A stretch of DNA of 24,000 nucleotides, from contig NZ_CP091881.1 of assembly GCF_022163125.1 (NCBI RefSeq), forward strand, positions 4,156,122 to 4,180,121. Direction: 5' to 3'. Positions within the stretch are counted from its first letter, which is position 1; every line of letters starts with the position of its first letter. Position numbers and translations under genes: made by a program. This DNA comes from Paenibacillus sp. HWE-109. Its GTDB lineage: Bacteria; Bacillota; Bacilli; Paenibacillales; NBRC-103111. Positions 7,785-15,312 of the stretch are shown one piece after another. A model generated the notes under the pieces. The model was not told where the DNA came from, ran no database searches, and was given only the letters and a program-made list of their open reading frames with translations.

Positions 7785-9671
7785 CTAGGCCCGTTGTCGT
7801 TTACGTGGTACTAGCTTCTTAACTTCTGCAATCAAATTAGTCGTTGTAAGACCGACTTCTTCACGCTGTTCCTTCACGGACCCATGCTCCACAAAGTAAT
7901 CCGGAATTCCCATCACGTTCACATGCATGCCAACGACATTGTGACCTGCATAAAATTCCAAAACCGCACTTCCGAAACCACCTTGGATTGTCCCCTCTTC
8001 CATTGTAATGACTGGAATGGAGTCGCTGGCAAGCTGCAGCAAGTAAGCTTCATCGAGCGGTTTGATGAATCGTGAATTCACAACACGCAGATGAATGCCT
8101 TCTTTGGACAACTGCTCCGCAGCATCCAAAGCGACTTGAACCATTGGACCGACAGCCAACACTGCGGCATAGTCGCCTTCACGAAGTGTTTCCCACTTCC
8201 CAATCGGAATCGCCGTCGGCTCTTCGTCTATACTAACTCCGATCCCATTGATACGCGGGTAACGATAGGCAATCGGGCCTTCATCGTATTCAAGCGCCGT
8301 TTGCATCATGTCACGAAGTTCCTTCTCATCTTTAGGCATCATCAAAACCATATTCGGCAATGTCCGCAAAAACGAAATATCGTATACCCCTTGATGCGTT
8401 TCCCCATCAGGTCCAACGAAACCGGCACGGTCAATCGCGAATGTAACATTCAGCTTAGGCCGGCAAATATCATGCACGACTTGGTCATATGCTCTTTGAA
8501 GGAATGTTGAATACACGGCAAAAACAGGCTTCAACCCTTCACTAGCCAGACCCGCGCACAACGTAGCCGCATGCTGCTCCGCAATCCCTACATCAATCAT
8601 CCGATCAGGGAAATGCTTTGCAAATTTCAGCAGTCCGGAACCACCAGGCATGGCAGGTGTCACAGCAACAATGCGTGAATCCTTCTCAGCCTGTTCGATT
8701 AATGTATTGCCAAAAATTTCTGTATACATAGGGGGACCTACGGATTTAAGCACTTGGCCTGATTCGATCTTGTAAGGTCCCAGACCATGCCATGTATGCG
8801 AATCCTTTTCAGCAGGTGTATAACCTTTTCCTTTGGTTGTAACGACGTGCACCAGCACAGGACCGTTTACTTTTTCTGCTTGCTTGAGTGTTTCGAACAG
8901 TACATGCAAATTATGTCCATCGATAGGACCAATATAGGTGAAACCAAGCTCTTCGAACCAAACGCCATTGAGAACAAAATATTTCAGACTGTCCTTCAGC
9001 TTTTCCGCTGTTTTGGCCAGCGTGCCGCCGATGGCAGGAATTTTCTTCAGTAAATGTTCGACTTCTTCCTTGGCTTTCAAATAATGACGATCCGAACGAA
9101 TTTTGCTCAAATAATTATGAATAGCACCTACGTTAGGCGCAATGGACATTTCGTTGTCATTCAGAATGACCATAATATTTTTCTTTTCGTGACCAATATG
9201 ATTCATCGCTTCCAGCGCCATACCACCGGTTATTGCGCCATCACCAATAATGGCAACAACCTTGTTGTGTTCACCTTTTAGATCGCGAGCCATCGCCATC
9301 CCCATAGCGGCGGATAGAGAAGTTGAGCTATGTCCAGCCTCCCAGACGTCATGCTCGCTTTCGGAACGTTTGACAAAGCCACAAAGGCCCTTATATTTAC
9401 GCAGCGTATCAAATTTATCTTTGCGACCGGTTAAAATTTTGTGAACGTAAGCTTGATGGCCCACGTCGAAAATCAATTTATCATACGGGCTGTGGAACAT
9501 GGTATGTAAAGCAATAGTGAGCTCAACCACTCCTAAGTTCGGGGCAAGGTGTCCGCCTGTAACGGACAGCTTTTCAATCAGAAATTGACGGATTTCACCT
9601 GCCAATGTCTCAAGCTCCGTCAAGGATAACCGTTTCAAGTCCTCAGGCCGATTGATTTGTTCGAGCAGCAC
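7785..9671 (-). CDS. dxs: 1-deoxy-D-xylulose-5-phosphate synthase
   Basis: 628 aa. TPP motif [25 protein letters not shown], transketolase-like pyrimidine and C-terminal domains. GTG start at 9671, 7 nt after GAGGAA. Confidence 0.97.
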   Translation of the reverse strand: MLLEQINRPEDLKRLSLTELETLAGEIRQFLIEKLSVTGGHLAPNLGVVELTIALHTMFHSPYDKLIFDVGHQAYVHKILTGRKDKFDTLRKYKGLCGFVKRSESEHDVWEAGHSSTSLSAAMGMAMARDLKGEHNKVVAIIGDGAITGGMALEAMNHIGHEKKNIMVILNDNEMSIAPNVGAIHNYLSKIRSDRHYLKAKEEVEHLLKKIPAIGGTLAKTAEKLKDSLKYFVLNGVWFEELGFTYIGPIDGHNLHVLFETLKQAEKVNGPVLVHVVTTKGKGYTPAEKDSHTWHGLGPYKIESGQVLKSVGPPMYTEIFGNTLIEQAEKDSRIVAVTPAMPGGSGLLKFAKHFPDRMIDVGIAEQHAATLCAGLASEGLKPVFAVYSTFLQRAYDQVVHDICRPKLNVTFAIDRAGFVGPDGETHQGVYDISFLRTLPNMVLMMPKDEKELRDMMQTALEYDEGPIAYRYPRINGIGVSIDEEPTAIPIGKWETLREGDYAAVLAVGPMVQVALDAAEQLSKEGIHLRVVNSRFIKPLDEAYLLQLASDSIPVITMEEGTIQGGFGSAVLEFYAGHNVVGMHVNVMGIPDYFVEHGSVKEQREEVGLTTTNLIAEVKKLVPRKRQRA

Positions 9672-9714
9672 GCTTGTTTCCTCACTTTCAATGTGAAAAT
9701 GCTAAGATTTCAAC

Positions 9715-9723
9715 ATTATATCA
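9715..9723 (-). promoter_or_regulatory. Putative extended -10 promoter element for dxs
   Basis: Minus-sense TGATATAAT (TGnTATAAT) sits ~45 nt upstream of the dxs start. I found no good -35. A weak GC hairpin (9760-9773) after ispA precedes it. Confidence 0.4.
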
Positions 9724-9779
9724 TAGTTTTGGGTAAATCGTGTAAGTCCACCTAAGAGAGCACCGTTCGGTGCCCCAAC

Positions 9780-10685
9780 CTAGTGGTCTCGCTGCATCAA
9801 ATAATCCGCCAGTTGCAGCAAGCGCTCTGGATTCGCCAAGTTGGCTTGAAGGAGCGCCGCTTTGGCTTGAAGCGTTAATTCCTTCACTTTTTTCTCGGAA
9901 GCTTCGAGTCCGATGAAATAAGGATACGTCACCTTTTGCTGTTTCTCATCGCTTTTGACCGGTTTGCCCAGCTTCTGTTCATCACCGATAATATCCAGAA
10001 TATCATCCTGAATTTGAAATGCTAACCCAAGCGCATTGCCGAAGTCCGTCAAAGCACTGAGCTGCGCATTCGTAGCCCCGGCGATATGAGCGCCTGCGCG
10101 CAAGGAGAAGACAATGAGATCGCTTGTTTTGTGCAAGTGAATGAATTCCAGTTCCTCGAGCTTGGTTAGCCCTTGCTCGCCAAGCATATCCGCAGCTTGA
10201 CCGCCTACCATCCCGCGAGCCCCTGCATAATCGGCCAGTTCCTCGGTAATGGCAAGCACCCGCTCTGCTGGGATGGCGTGCTCTCGGTGAGCTCTGGTGA
10301 CGCTGTAGAAAGCTTGTGTAAGCAGGCCGTCACCGGCCAGAATAGCCATAGCTTCTCCATAGACCTTGTGGTTCGTCAGTTTGCCCCGGCGGTAATCATC
10401 ATTGTCCATTGCCGGCAGATCATCGTGAACCAGCGAATAGGTATGAACCATTTCGATGGCCAAGGCTACCGGCAAGGCCGCTGCTTGGGAGCCTCCAAGA
10501 GCCTCCGCTGCGGCGAGCACCATGATCGGGCGCAGTCTTTTGCCCCCTGCCATTAAGGAGTAGTTCATTGACTCCCTAAGTGAACTGGGAACATCCCATT
10601 TTTCGGGCAATGCTTGTATTAATGCAGCTTCGACCATGTCGACATGGGAAGCGATATATTCCTGAATGGTGGACGTCGTCTTCAA
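9780..10685 (-). CDS. ispA: Farnesyl diphosphate synthase (polyprenyl synthetase family)
   Basis: 301 aa. First and second Asp-rich motifs (LVHDDLPAMDNDDYRRG; FQIQDDILD). TTG start at 10685, one nt after the xseB stop. Confidence 0.93.
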   Translation of the reverse strand: MKTTSTIQEYIASHVDMVEAALIQALPEKWDVPSSLRESMNYSLMAGGKRLRPIMVLAAAEALGGSQAAALPVALAIEMVHTYSLVHDDLPAMDNDDYRRGKLTNHKVYGEAMAILAGDGLLTQAFYSVTRAHREHAIPAERVLAITEELADYAGARGMVGGQAADMLGEQGLTKLEELEFIHLHKTSDLIVFSLRAGAHIAGATNAQLSALTDFGNALGLAFQIQDDILDIIGDEQKLGKPVKSDEKQQKVTYPYFIGLEASEKKVKELTLQAKAALLQANLANPERLLQLADYLMQRDH

Positions 10686-10686
10686 C

Positions 10687-10941
10687 CTAATTCCCCTTAT
10701 CTTCCAAGGCAGGTTGGAAAGGCTTTCTGCTTACAGTGCCTGCTTCCCCTTCAACCAGCATCTCAATTTTCTTTTCCACTTGTTCAAGCTTCACCCCGCA
10801 TAGATGCGAGAGTCGAACGCCTTCCTGATACAAGTCAATCGCTTTCTCCAGCGGTACATCCCCGCTCTCCAACTGAGCCACTATGCGCTCAAGCTGTTCA
10901 ATCGCTTGTTCGAAGCTAACTTCGGTTTCACTCGTTGACAT
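10687..10941 (-). CDS. xseB: Exodeoxyribonuclease VII small subunit
   Basis: 84 aa with FEQAIEQLERIVAQLESGDVPLEKAIDLYQEG, typical of XseB. Overlaps the xseA 3' end by 14 nt. Confidence 0.93.
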   Translation of the reverse strand: MSTSETEVSFEQAIEQLERIVAQLESGDVPLEKAIDLYQEGVRLSHLCGVKLEQVEKKIEMLVEGEAGTVSRKPFQPALEDKGN

Positions 10942-12298
10942 CTTTGTTCTCCTCCATCCCCGATACCTGACAATTCAATCTGCCATCTTTCAGGCGAATC
11001 TTCACCGTATCCCCTACTTGCACTTGGGTAACGGAACGAATGAGCTGCTGCTCTTGATCGTCATACGCCAAGCTGTAGCCCCGCTGCATAACCTTCAGCG
11101 GGCTGAGGGCGTCCAAGTGACGGACGCCTGACTGCCACTCCTGCTTCTTCGAGCGCAGGAGGGTCTGCATGGCCGTGAGCATCTGCCGCCCCGCTGTATC
11201 CAGGCGGCTCTTCGCGAACACGGCCTGCTCTTTGGGGTTGAAGCTGGATAAGCTGCGCTCCAGCTTCATATGGCGCTCCGCCAGCTTGGCGATGCGCTGG
11301 CGCATGCGGTAACCGAGCTGCTCATGCAGCCGGTCGAGCCGCTCGGCAGGCTGCATGAGCAGCTGCCTGCGGGGGTTCGTCAGGAACGCGGAGCGCTTCG
11401 CGCGCTCCAGCCGTTCCTGCTTGCGGCGCAGCTGCTGAAGCAGCCCGTAGTGCAGCCGCTGCGACTGCTGCGCCAGCTGTTGCTTCAGCTCGAGGTGGTT
11501 CGGCACCGCGAGCTCAGCCGCCGCCGTAGGCGTCGGCGCTCTCAGATCGGCGACGAAGTCCGCGATCGTGAAGTCCGTCTCATGGCCGACGGCCGAGATG
11601 ACGGGAATAGCGGAGGCGGCGATAGCCCGCGCGACGATCTCCTCGTTGAACGCCCACAGCTCCTCCAAGGAGCCGCCTCCGCGGCCTACGATGAGCACAT
11701 CGGCTTCCCCGAGTCTATTCATGGCTTCGATCGCCTTGACGATCGAAGGCCCCGCTTGCGCGCCCTGTACCAGGACCGGGTACAGAAGAATCTGAACCGA
11801 CGGGTAGCGGCGCTGCAGCGTGATGATAACATCACGCACCGCGGCTCCTGTCGGCGAAGTGATCACGCCGATCGCGCGCGGAAACCGAGGAATCGGTTTC
11901 TTGCGCTCCGCGGCGAACAGCCCCTCAACTTCGAGCTTCTTCTTCAACTGCTCGAAGGCTAGATACAGACTGCCGATGCCATCCGGCTGCATCGCGGTGA
12001 CATAGAACTGATAAGCTCCGTCTCTTTCATATACGGAAATATTACCGCGAGCGATCACTTTCGTTCCCTCTTTGGGAATAAATCCGAGCTTCTGGTTATG
12101 AGAAGCAAACATAATGCTTTTCAATCTGCCTTCAGCATCTTTGATCGTGAAATACATATGCCCGCTGGAATGATGGGTGAAATTGGAGATTTCACCACGC
12201 ACCCAGACATCCTGAAGACGAGAATCGCCTTCAAGCAACAGTTTAATATATCGATTTAATTCCTTGACCGATAAGATCTTCGTGTCGTTTCTCGCCAT
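10928..12298 (-). CDS. xseA: Exodeoxyribonuclease VII large subunit
   Basis: 456 aa. OB-fold N-terminus (VWVRGEISNF..HSSGHMYFTIKD), catalytic core (GVITSPTGAAVRD..RGGGS.EELWAFN..PVISAVGHETD), coiled-coil C-terminus. Contains a strongly GC-rich internal block (see findings). Confidence 0.95.
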   Translation of the reverse strand: MARNDTKILSVKELNRYIKLLLEGDSRLQDVWVRGEISNFTHHSSGHMYFTIKDAEGRLKSIMFASHNQKLGFIPKEGTKVIARGNISVYERDGAYQFYVTAMQPDGIGSLYLAFEQLKKKLEVEGLFAAERKKPIPRFPRAIGVITSPTGAAVRDVIITLQRRYPSVQILLYPVLVQGAQAGPSIVKAIEAMNRLGEADVLIVGRGGGSLEELWAFNEEIVARAIAASAIPVISAVGHETDFTIADFVADLRAPTPTAAAELAVPNHLELKQQLAQQSQRLHYGLLQQLRRKQERLERAKRSAFLTNPRRQLLMQPAERLDRLHEQLGYRMRQRIAKLAERHMKLERSLSSFNPKEQAVFAKSRLDTAGRQMLTAMQTLLRSKKQEWQSGVRHLDALSPLKVMQRGYSLAYDDQEQQLIRSVTQVQVGDTVKIRLKDGRLNCQVSGMEENKDVNE

Positions 12299-12306
12299 AA
12301 GCCCGA

Positions 12307-13173
12307 TTAAACACTCACATTCGATTTGGCTGCACGTGCTGCGGCATCAACCGTATTGCGCAGCAGCATAGTGATGGTCATCGGCCCCACACAACCTGGT
12401 ACAGGTGTAATCGCACTGGCAATTTCTTTTACCGCTTCGAAGTCAACGTCTCCTGTCAACTTCCCGTCAGCCGGACGATTCATCCCTACATCGATAACAA
12501 CTGCACCCGGTTTGACATGATGCGCTTTGATCAAATGAGCCTTCCCTACAGCTACAACGAGAATGTCGGCTTGCTTCGTAATTCCCTCCATATTCGGAGT
12601 GCGGGAATGCACGACTGATACGGTAGCATGTTCACGCAAGAGCAGCATAGCCATCGGTTTTCCGACAATATTGCTTCTCCCGACAACCACAGCATGCTTG
12701 CCCGCAATGTCAACGCCCGTACGCTTCAGAATTTCAATAACCCCATGAGGCGTACAAGGCTTCATGCCGTCTTTGCCAATCATCAGATTCCCGACATTCA
12801 CTGGATGGAAGCAATCCACATCCTTCAGCGGGTCAATTTCATCCACAACGGCTTCTTCATTGATATGCTTTGGCAGTGGGGATTGAACGAGAATTCCGTT
12901 AATTCGACTATCGCTATTAAATCGATGAATCAGATCAATTAATTCTTGCTGTGTCGTTTGCTCAGGCAGGCGGTGGACTTCCGAGTATATCCCTACATCA
13001 TCACATGCTTTTGCCTTATTTCTAACGTAAACCTGTGAAGCTGCATCTTCCCCGACAATAACAACAACAAGACCAGGTTGATTGCCGCCAGCTGTTAATG
13101 CCGCTGCATCTCTCCTGATCTCCTCACGTATGGAACTTACCAATTCTTTTCCGTTAATAACTTGTCCAGACAC
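12307..13173 (-). CDS. folD: Bifunctional methylenetetrahydrofolate dehydrogenase/cyclohydrolase
   Basis: 288 aa with PGLVVVIVGEDAASQVYVRNK, GILVQSPLP, VVVGRSNIVGKPMA and PVPGCVGPMT. GTG start at 13173 after GAGGGGG. Confidence 0.96.
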   Translation of the reverse strand: MSGQVINGKELVSSIREEIRRDAAALTAGGNQPGLVVVIVGEDAASQVYVRNKAKACDDVGIYSEVHRLPEQTTQQELIDLIHRFNSDSRINGILVQSPLPKHINEEAVVDEIDPLKDVDCFHPVNVGNLMIGKDGMKPCTPHGVIEILKRTGVDIAGKHAVVVGRSNIVGKPMAMLLLREHATVSVVHSRTPNMEGITKQADILVVAVGKAHLIKAHHVKPGAVVIDVGMNRPADGKLTGDVDFEAVKEIASAITPVPGCVGPMTITMLLRNTVDAAARAAKSNVSV

Positions 13174-13276
13174 GCTATTTCCCCCTCAGAATTTTCGTAG
13201 ATAAGCTTACATCGTAAGGTTGTACTTACGAATACAACGCTTGCTATATAGAAATGGTTCGTATTATCAAATTGAA

Positions 13277-13735
13277 TTAAGACGGCGATACTTTGCTTTT
13301 GAGGTCGTCGACTTCCTTAATCATTTTACCCAGAACGCCATTCACGAACTTGCCAGACTCGTCTGTCCCATAATGCTTCGACAAATCAATCGCTTCATTC
13401 ACGACAACTTTTGGTGGAACATCGTCTCTATACAACATTTCGTAGACAGCCAAACGCAGCACTTCACGATCCACACGTGAGAGCCTGTCCATTGCCCACC
13501 CTTTGAGGTACTCTTCCAGCAGCTCGTCGATGCTAACTTTATGACTATAAGTTCCTTCAACTAATTCTACGATATAGACCGGATCTATTTTCTCCCCTTT
13601 GAAATCCAGCCCTGTTTCATTATCATGCTCTGCTTCATGAATCGCGACTTGCACAGCTTCCTGCGGGGTTGCCTCGTTCATCTGAATTTGATAAAGACTT
13701 TGTACAGCAATTTCTCGTGCCACTCTGCGTTTCAT
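13277..13735 (-). CDS. nusB: Transcription antitermination factor NusB
   Basis: 152 aa with RRVAREIAVQSLYQ and VVVNEAIDLSKHYG..SGKFVNGVLG. RBS AGGAGG upstream. Confidence 0.95.
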   Translation of the reverse strand: MKRRVAREIAVQSLYQIQMNEATPQEAVQVAIHEAEHDNETGLDFKGEKIDPVYIVELVEGTYSHKVSIDELLEEYLKGWAMDRLSRVDREVLRLAVYEMLYRDDVPPKVVVNEAIDLSKHYGTDESGKFVNGVLGKMIKEVDDLKSKVSPS

Positions 13736-13805
13736 TATGGTCCTCCTAGGCGTTTTGCTCTGGCAAAACTGACTTCTGTTCTTCGTCCTAAAAACTCTTT
13801 TTACT

Positions 13806-13833
13806 AGTATACGTCATATTGGAATGAATCCAA
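13806..13833 (-). promoter_or_regulatory. Possible sigmaA promoter for nusB-folD
   Basis: Minus-sense TTGGAT (13833-13828), 16 nt, then TATACT (13811-13806), just downstream of the terminator at 13832-13866. The -35 is weak. A 7-bp leader hairpin GTTTTGC/GCAAAAC (13752-13769) precedes the RBS. Confidence 0.35.
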
Positions 13834-13866
13834 ACAAAAAAATCCATGGATGAACCAGGGATTTTA
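13832..13866 (-). terminator. Rho-independent terminator ending the asp23-amaP-DUF2273 unit
   Basis: In minus-sense, AAAAUCC-c-UGG / CCA-u-GGAUUUU (7+3 bp with one mismatch, 5-nt loop) starts at the stop codon and is followed by a U run (A run 13836-13842 on +). Confidence 0.6.
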
Positions 13867-14103
13867 GCGAAACATTCTCCATTTTTGCGTGAGATAGCGC
13901 CAAATGTCTTCCAGCATGACGAAACTTTCCTTGCGATCCAGCTTGTTCCCGATATAATATCCGAGCAAAACGATGAAACCAAAGATCAACATATCCCAAA
14001 ATCCAAAAAACAAATAAATGAAGCCCAAAAAAACGCCTGCTGCCACTCCGCACACTTTGCCCCTATGGGACGCCCAAAGCTCATTCCACATGAGTGGGTT
14101 CAC
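13864..14103 (-). CDS. DUF2273 small integral membrane protein
   Basis: 79 aa. WNELWASHRGKVCGVAAGVFLGFIYLFFGFW..GFIVLLGYYIGNKLD is the typical two-TM DUF2273 pattern. It is found next to amaP/asp23 in Firmicutes. Confidence 0.8.
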   Translation of the reverse strand: MNPLMWNELWASHRGKVCGVAAGVFLGFIYLFFGFWDMLIFGFIVLLGYYIGNKLDRKESFVMLEDIWRYLTQKWRMFR

Positions 14104-14105
14104 CT

Positions 14106-14666
14106 CTATTCGACTCGGCTTTTAAAAGTTGGGGCTGATTGCACGATGTTCGCAACGAATACGGTTACGGAAGCAACTGGAATGCCGGTAATGTCTTCTA
14201 TGTAACTTTTCACAGTATTTTGCATCTCTTCCGTCAATTCTGGAATCGAACTTTCTCCATCAACAATCGTTCTAATCGTAATTTCTAGGCCGGATTGATT
14301 CACTCTTACGCGTGCTCTGAGATCTTTGGCCCCTTTGGTACGTCCCGCCGCTTTCAACGAAAGATTCTCCACGGTTTCAATCGAAATGCGGATATCCCCA
14401 AAATCGGTTCTTTGATCGATAGACGGCGCTTGCGCGCGGCCGCGACGGAGAGTCAGGATGAGAAATCGAACCGAGATAAGCAGCATGATCAAGCTGATTG
14501 TAATAGCTGGGTAGGCATAGTTTTTGTCAAAATAGAAATTACTCAATGTTTGACCTGCTTGTTCTAACGGGATCCAGCTTGAAGCTGTGAACAATACAAC
14601 GATAGAAGCAACTAAAATAATTAGACTATAAAGAAGAAGCAAGAGCCTGTCCACAATTTTACCCAC
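14106..14666 (-). CDS. amaP: Alkaline shock response membrane anchor protein AmaP (start re-set from track 14747)
   Basis: The track ORF starts at TTG 14747 with no usable RBS and reads through a strong hairpin. GTG at 14666 is 9 nt after GGAAGGGGA and gives VGKIVDRLLLLLYSLIILVASIVVLF, the usual AmaP N-terminal TM. Position between asp23 and DUF2273 also fits. Confidence 0.75.
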   Translation of the reverse strand: MGKIVDRLLLLLYSLIILVASIVVLFTASSWIPLEQAGQTLSNFYFDKNYAYPAITISLIMLLISVRFLILTLRRGRAQAPSIDQRTDFGDIRISIETVENLSLKAAGRTKGAKDLRARVRVNQSGLEITIRTIVDGESSIPELTEEMQNTVKSYIEDITGIPVASVTVFVANIVQSAPTFKSRVE

Positions 14667-14694
14667 GTAAGCTTGTCCCCTTCCTAAGTTAGAG

Positions 14695-14723
14695 GAAACC
14701 CCCTGCAACCTGTAGGGGGTTTC
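14695..14723 (-). promoter_or_regulatory. Strong intercistronic hairpin between asp23 and amaP (no U tract)
   Basis: 10-bp stem GAAACCCCCT (14695-14704) / AGGGGGTTTC (14714-14723) with a 9-nt loop. In minus-sense it is followed by CCUCUAACUU, not a canonical U tract. Confidence 0.5.
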
Positions 14724-14753
14724 AATTGATCCATATGGATGCAGCAATTCCGC

Positions 14754-15167
14754 CTATTTCACACGATGGGCAGCTGCTGTTTCTTCTTCAACCGGTTTCT
14801 CTGCCTGTTTAAAATGTACATCATGAATATGAACATTAACCTCAACAACGTTTAAGCCAGTCATTGATTCAATAGCATTCTTCACATTGTTTTGAATGTC
14901 ACTTGCAACTTCTGGGATTCGGTTTCCATATTCAATGATGATGGAGACGTCAATGGCCGCTTCACGTTGTCCGACTTCTACCTTTACGCCTTTGGACAAA
15001 TTTTTGCGTCCAAGCAATTCAGCAATACCGCCAGCTAATCCGCCACTCATCCCCGCTACACCTTGTACTTCTACCGTTGCCAAACCGGCAATGATTTCAA
15101 TAACCTCGGGGGCAATCTGGATGCTGCCTATATCTGTTTTGACGTAATCCGGAGCGATTGTGCTCAT
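14754..15167 (-). CDS. asp23: Asp23/Gls24-family envelope stress protein (B. subtilis YqhY homolog)
   Basis: 137 aa with IAPEVIEIIAGLATVEVQGVAGM, GVKVEV, IEYG..IPEVA..IQ..V and GL.V.EVNVH..DV, typical of Asp23/DUF322. Confidence 0.93.
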   Translation of the reverse strand: MSTIAPDYVKTDIGSIQIAPEVIEIIAGLATVEVQGVAGMSGGLAGGIAELLGRKNLSKGVKVEVGQREAAIDVSIIIEYGNRIPEVASDIQNNVKNAIESMTGLNVVEVNVHIHDVHFKQAEKPVEEETAAAHRVK

Positions 15168-15267
15168 TGGGGCACCTCCTTAGATTTTTGTGAAGCAACT
15201 ATGCTTCGTAATATGAACTTCTTCCTGGCGCTTGATCCAAGGAATGGATAAGCTATCTTAATTTATT

Positions 15268-15296
15268 ACTATACCATTTGGCCAAAAATATGACAA
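15268..15296 (-). promoter_or_regulatory. SigmaA-type extended -10 promoter for asp23-amaP-DUF2273
   Basis: Minus-sense TTGTCA (15296-15291), 17 nt, then TGgTATAGT (15276-15268). It begins 17 nt after the accC stop. A leader hairpin GAAGCA/TGCTTC (15192-15207) lies before the RBS AAGGAGG. Confidence 0.6.
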
Positions 15297-15312
15297 ATGA
15301 TTCTCTTAGAAT

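Noticed and set aside
11270-11962. 230-aa + strand ORF (and 11568..11795, 11820..12005) antisense to xseA
   Set aside because: Arg/Leu/Pro/Gln-rich low-complexity translation with no RBS. It lies exactly within the GC-rich block, where stop codons are rare, and is antisense to a fully conserved XseA frame.
13251-13266. Possible PurR PurBox (minus-sense TAATACGAACCATTTC) upstream of folD, since yqhZ-folD is PurR-regulated in B. subtilis
   Set aside because: Only the CGAAC core matches AWWWCCGAACWWT. The flanking positions mismatch, and I found no second inverted box at the required spacing, either here or upstream of nusB.
13846-14205. 119-aa + strand ORF overlapping the DUF2273 gene and the amaP 3' end
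   Set aside because: It is antisense to two family-assignable membrane-protein genes, has no RBS, and its start lies inside the terminator hairpin.
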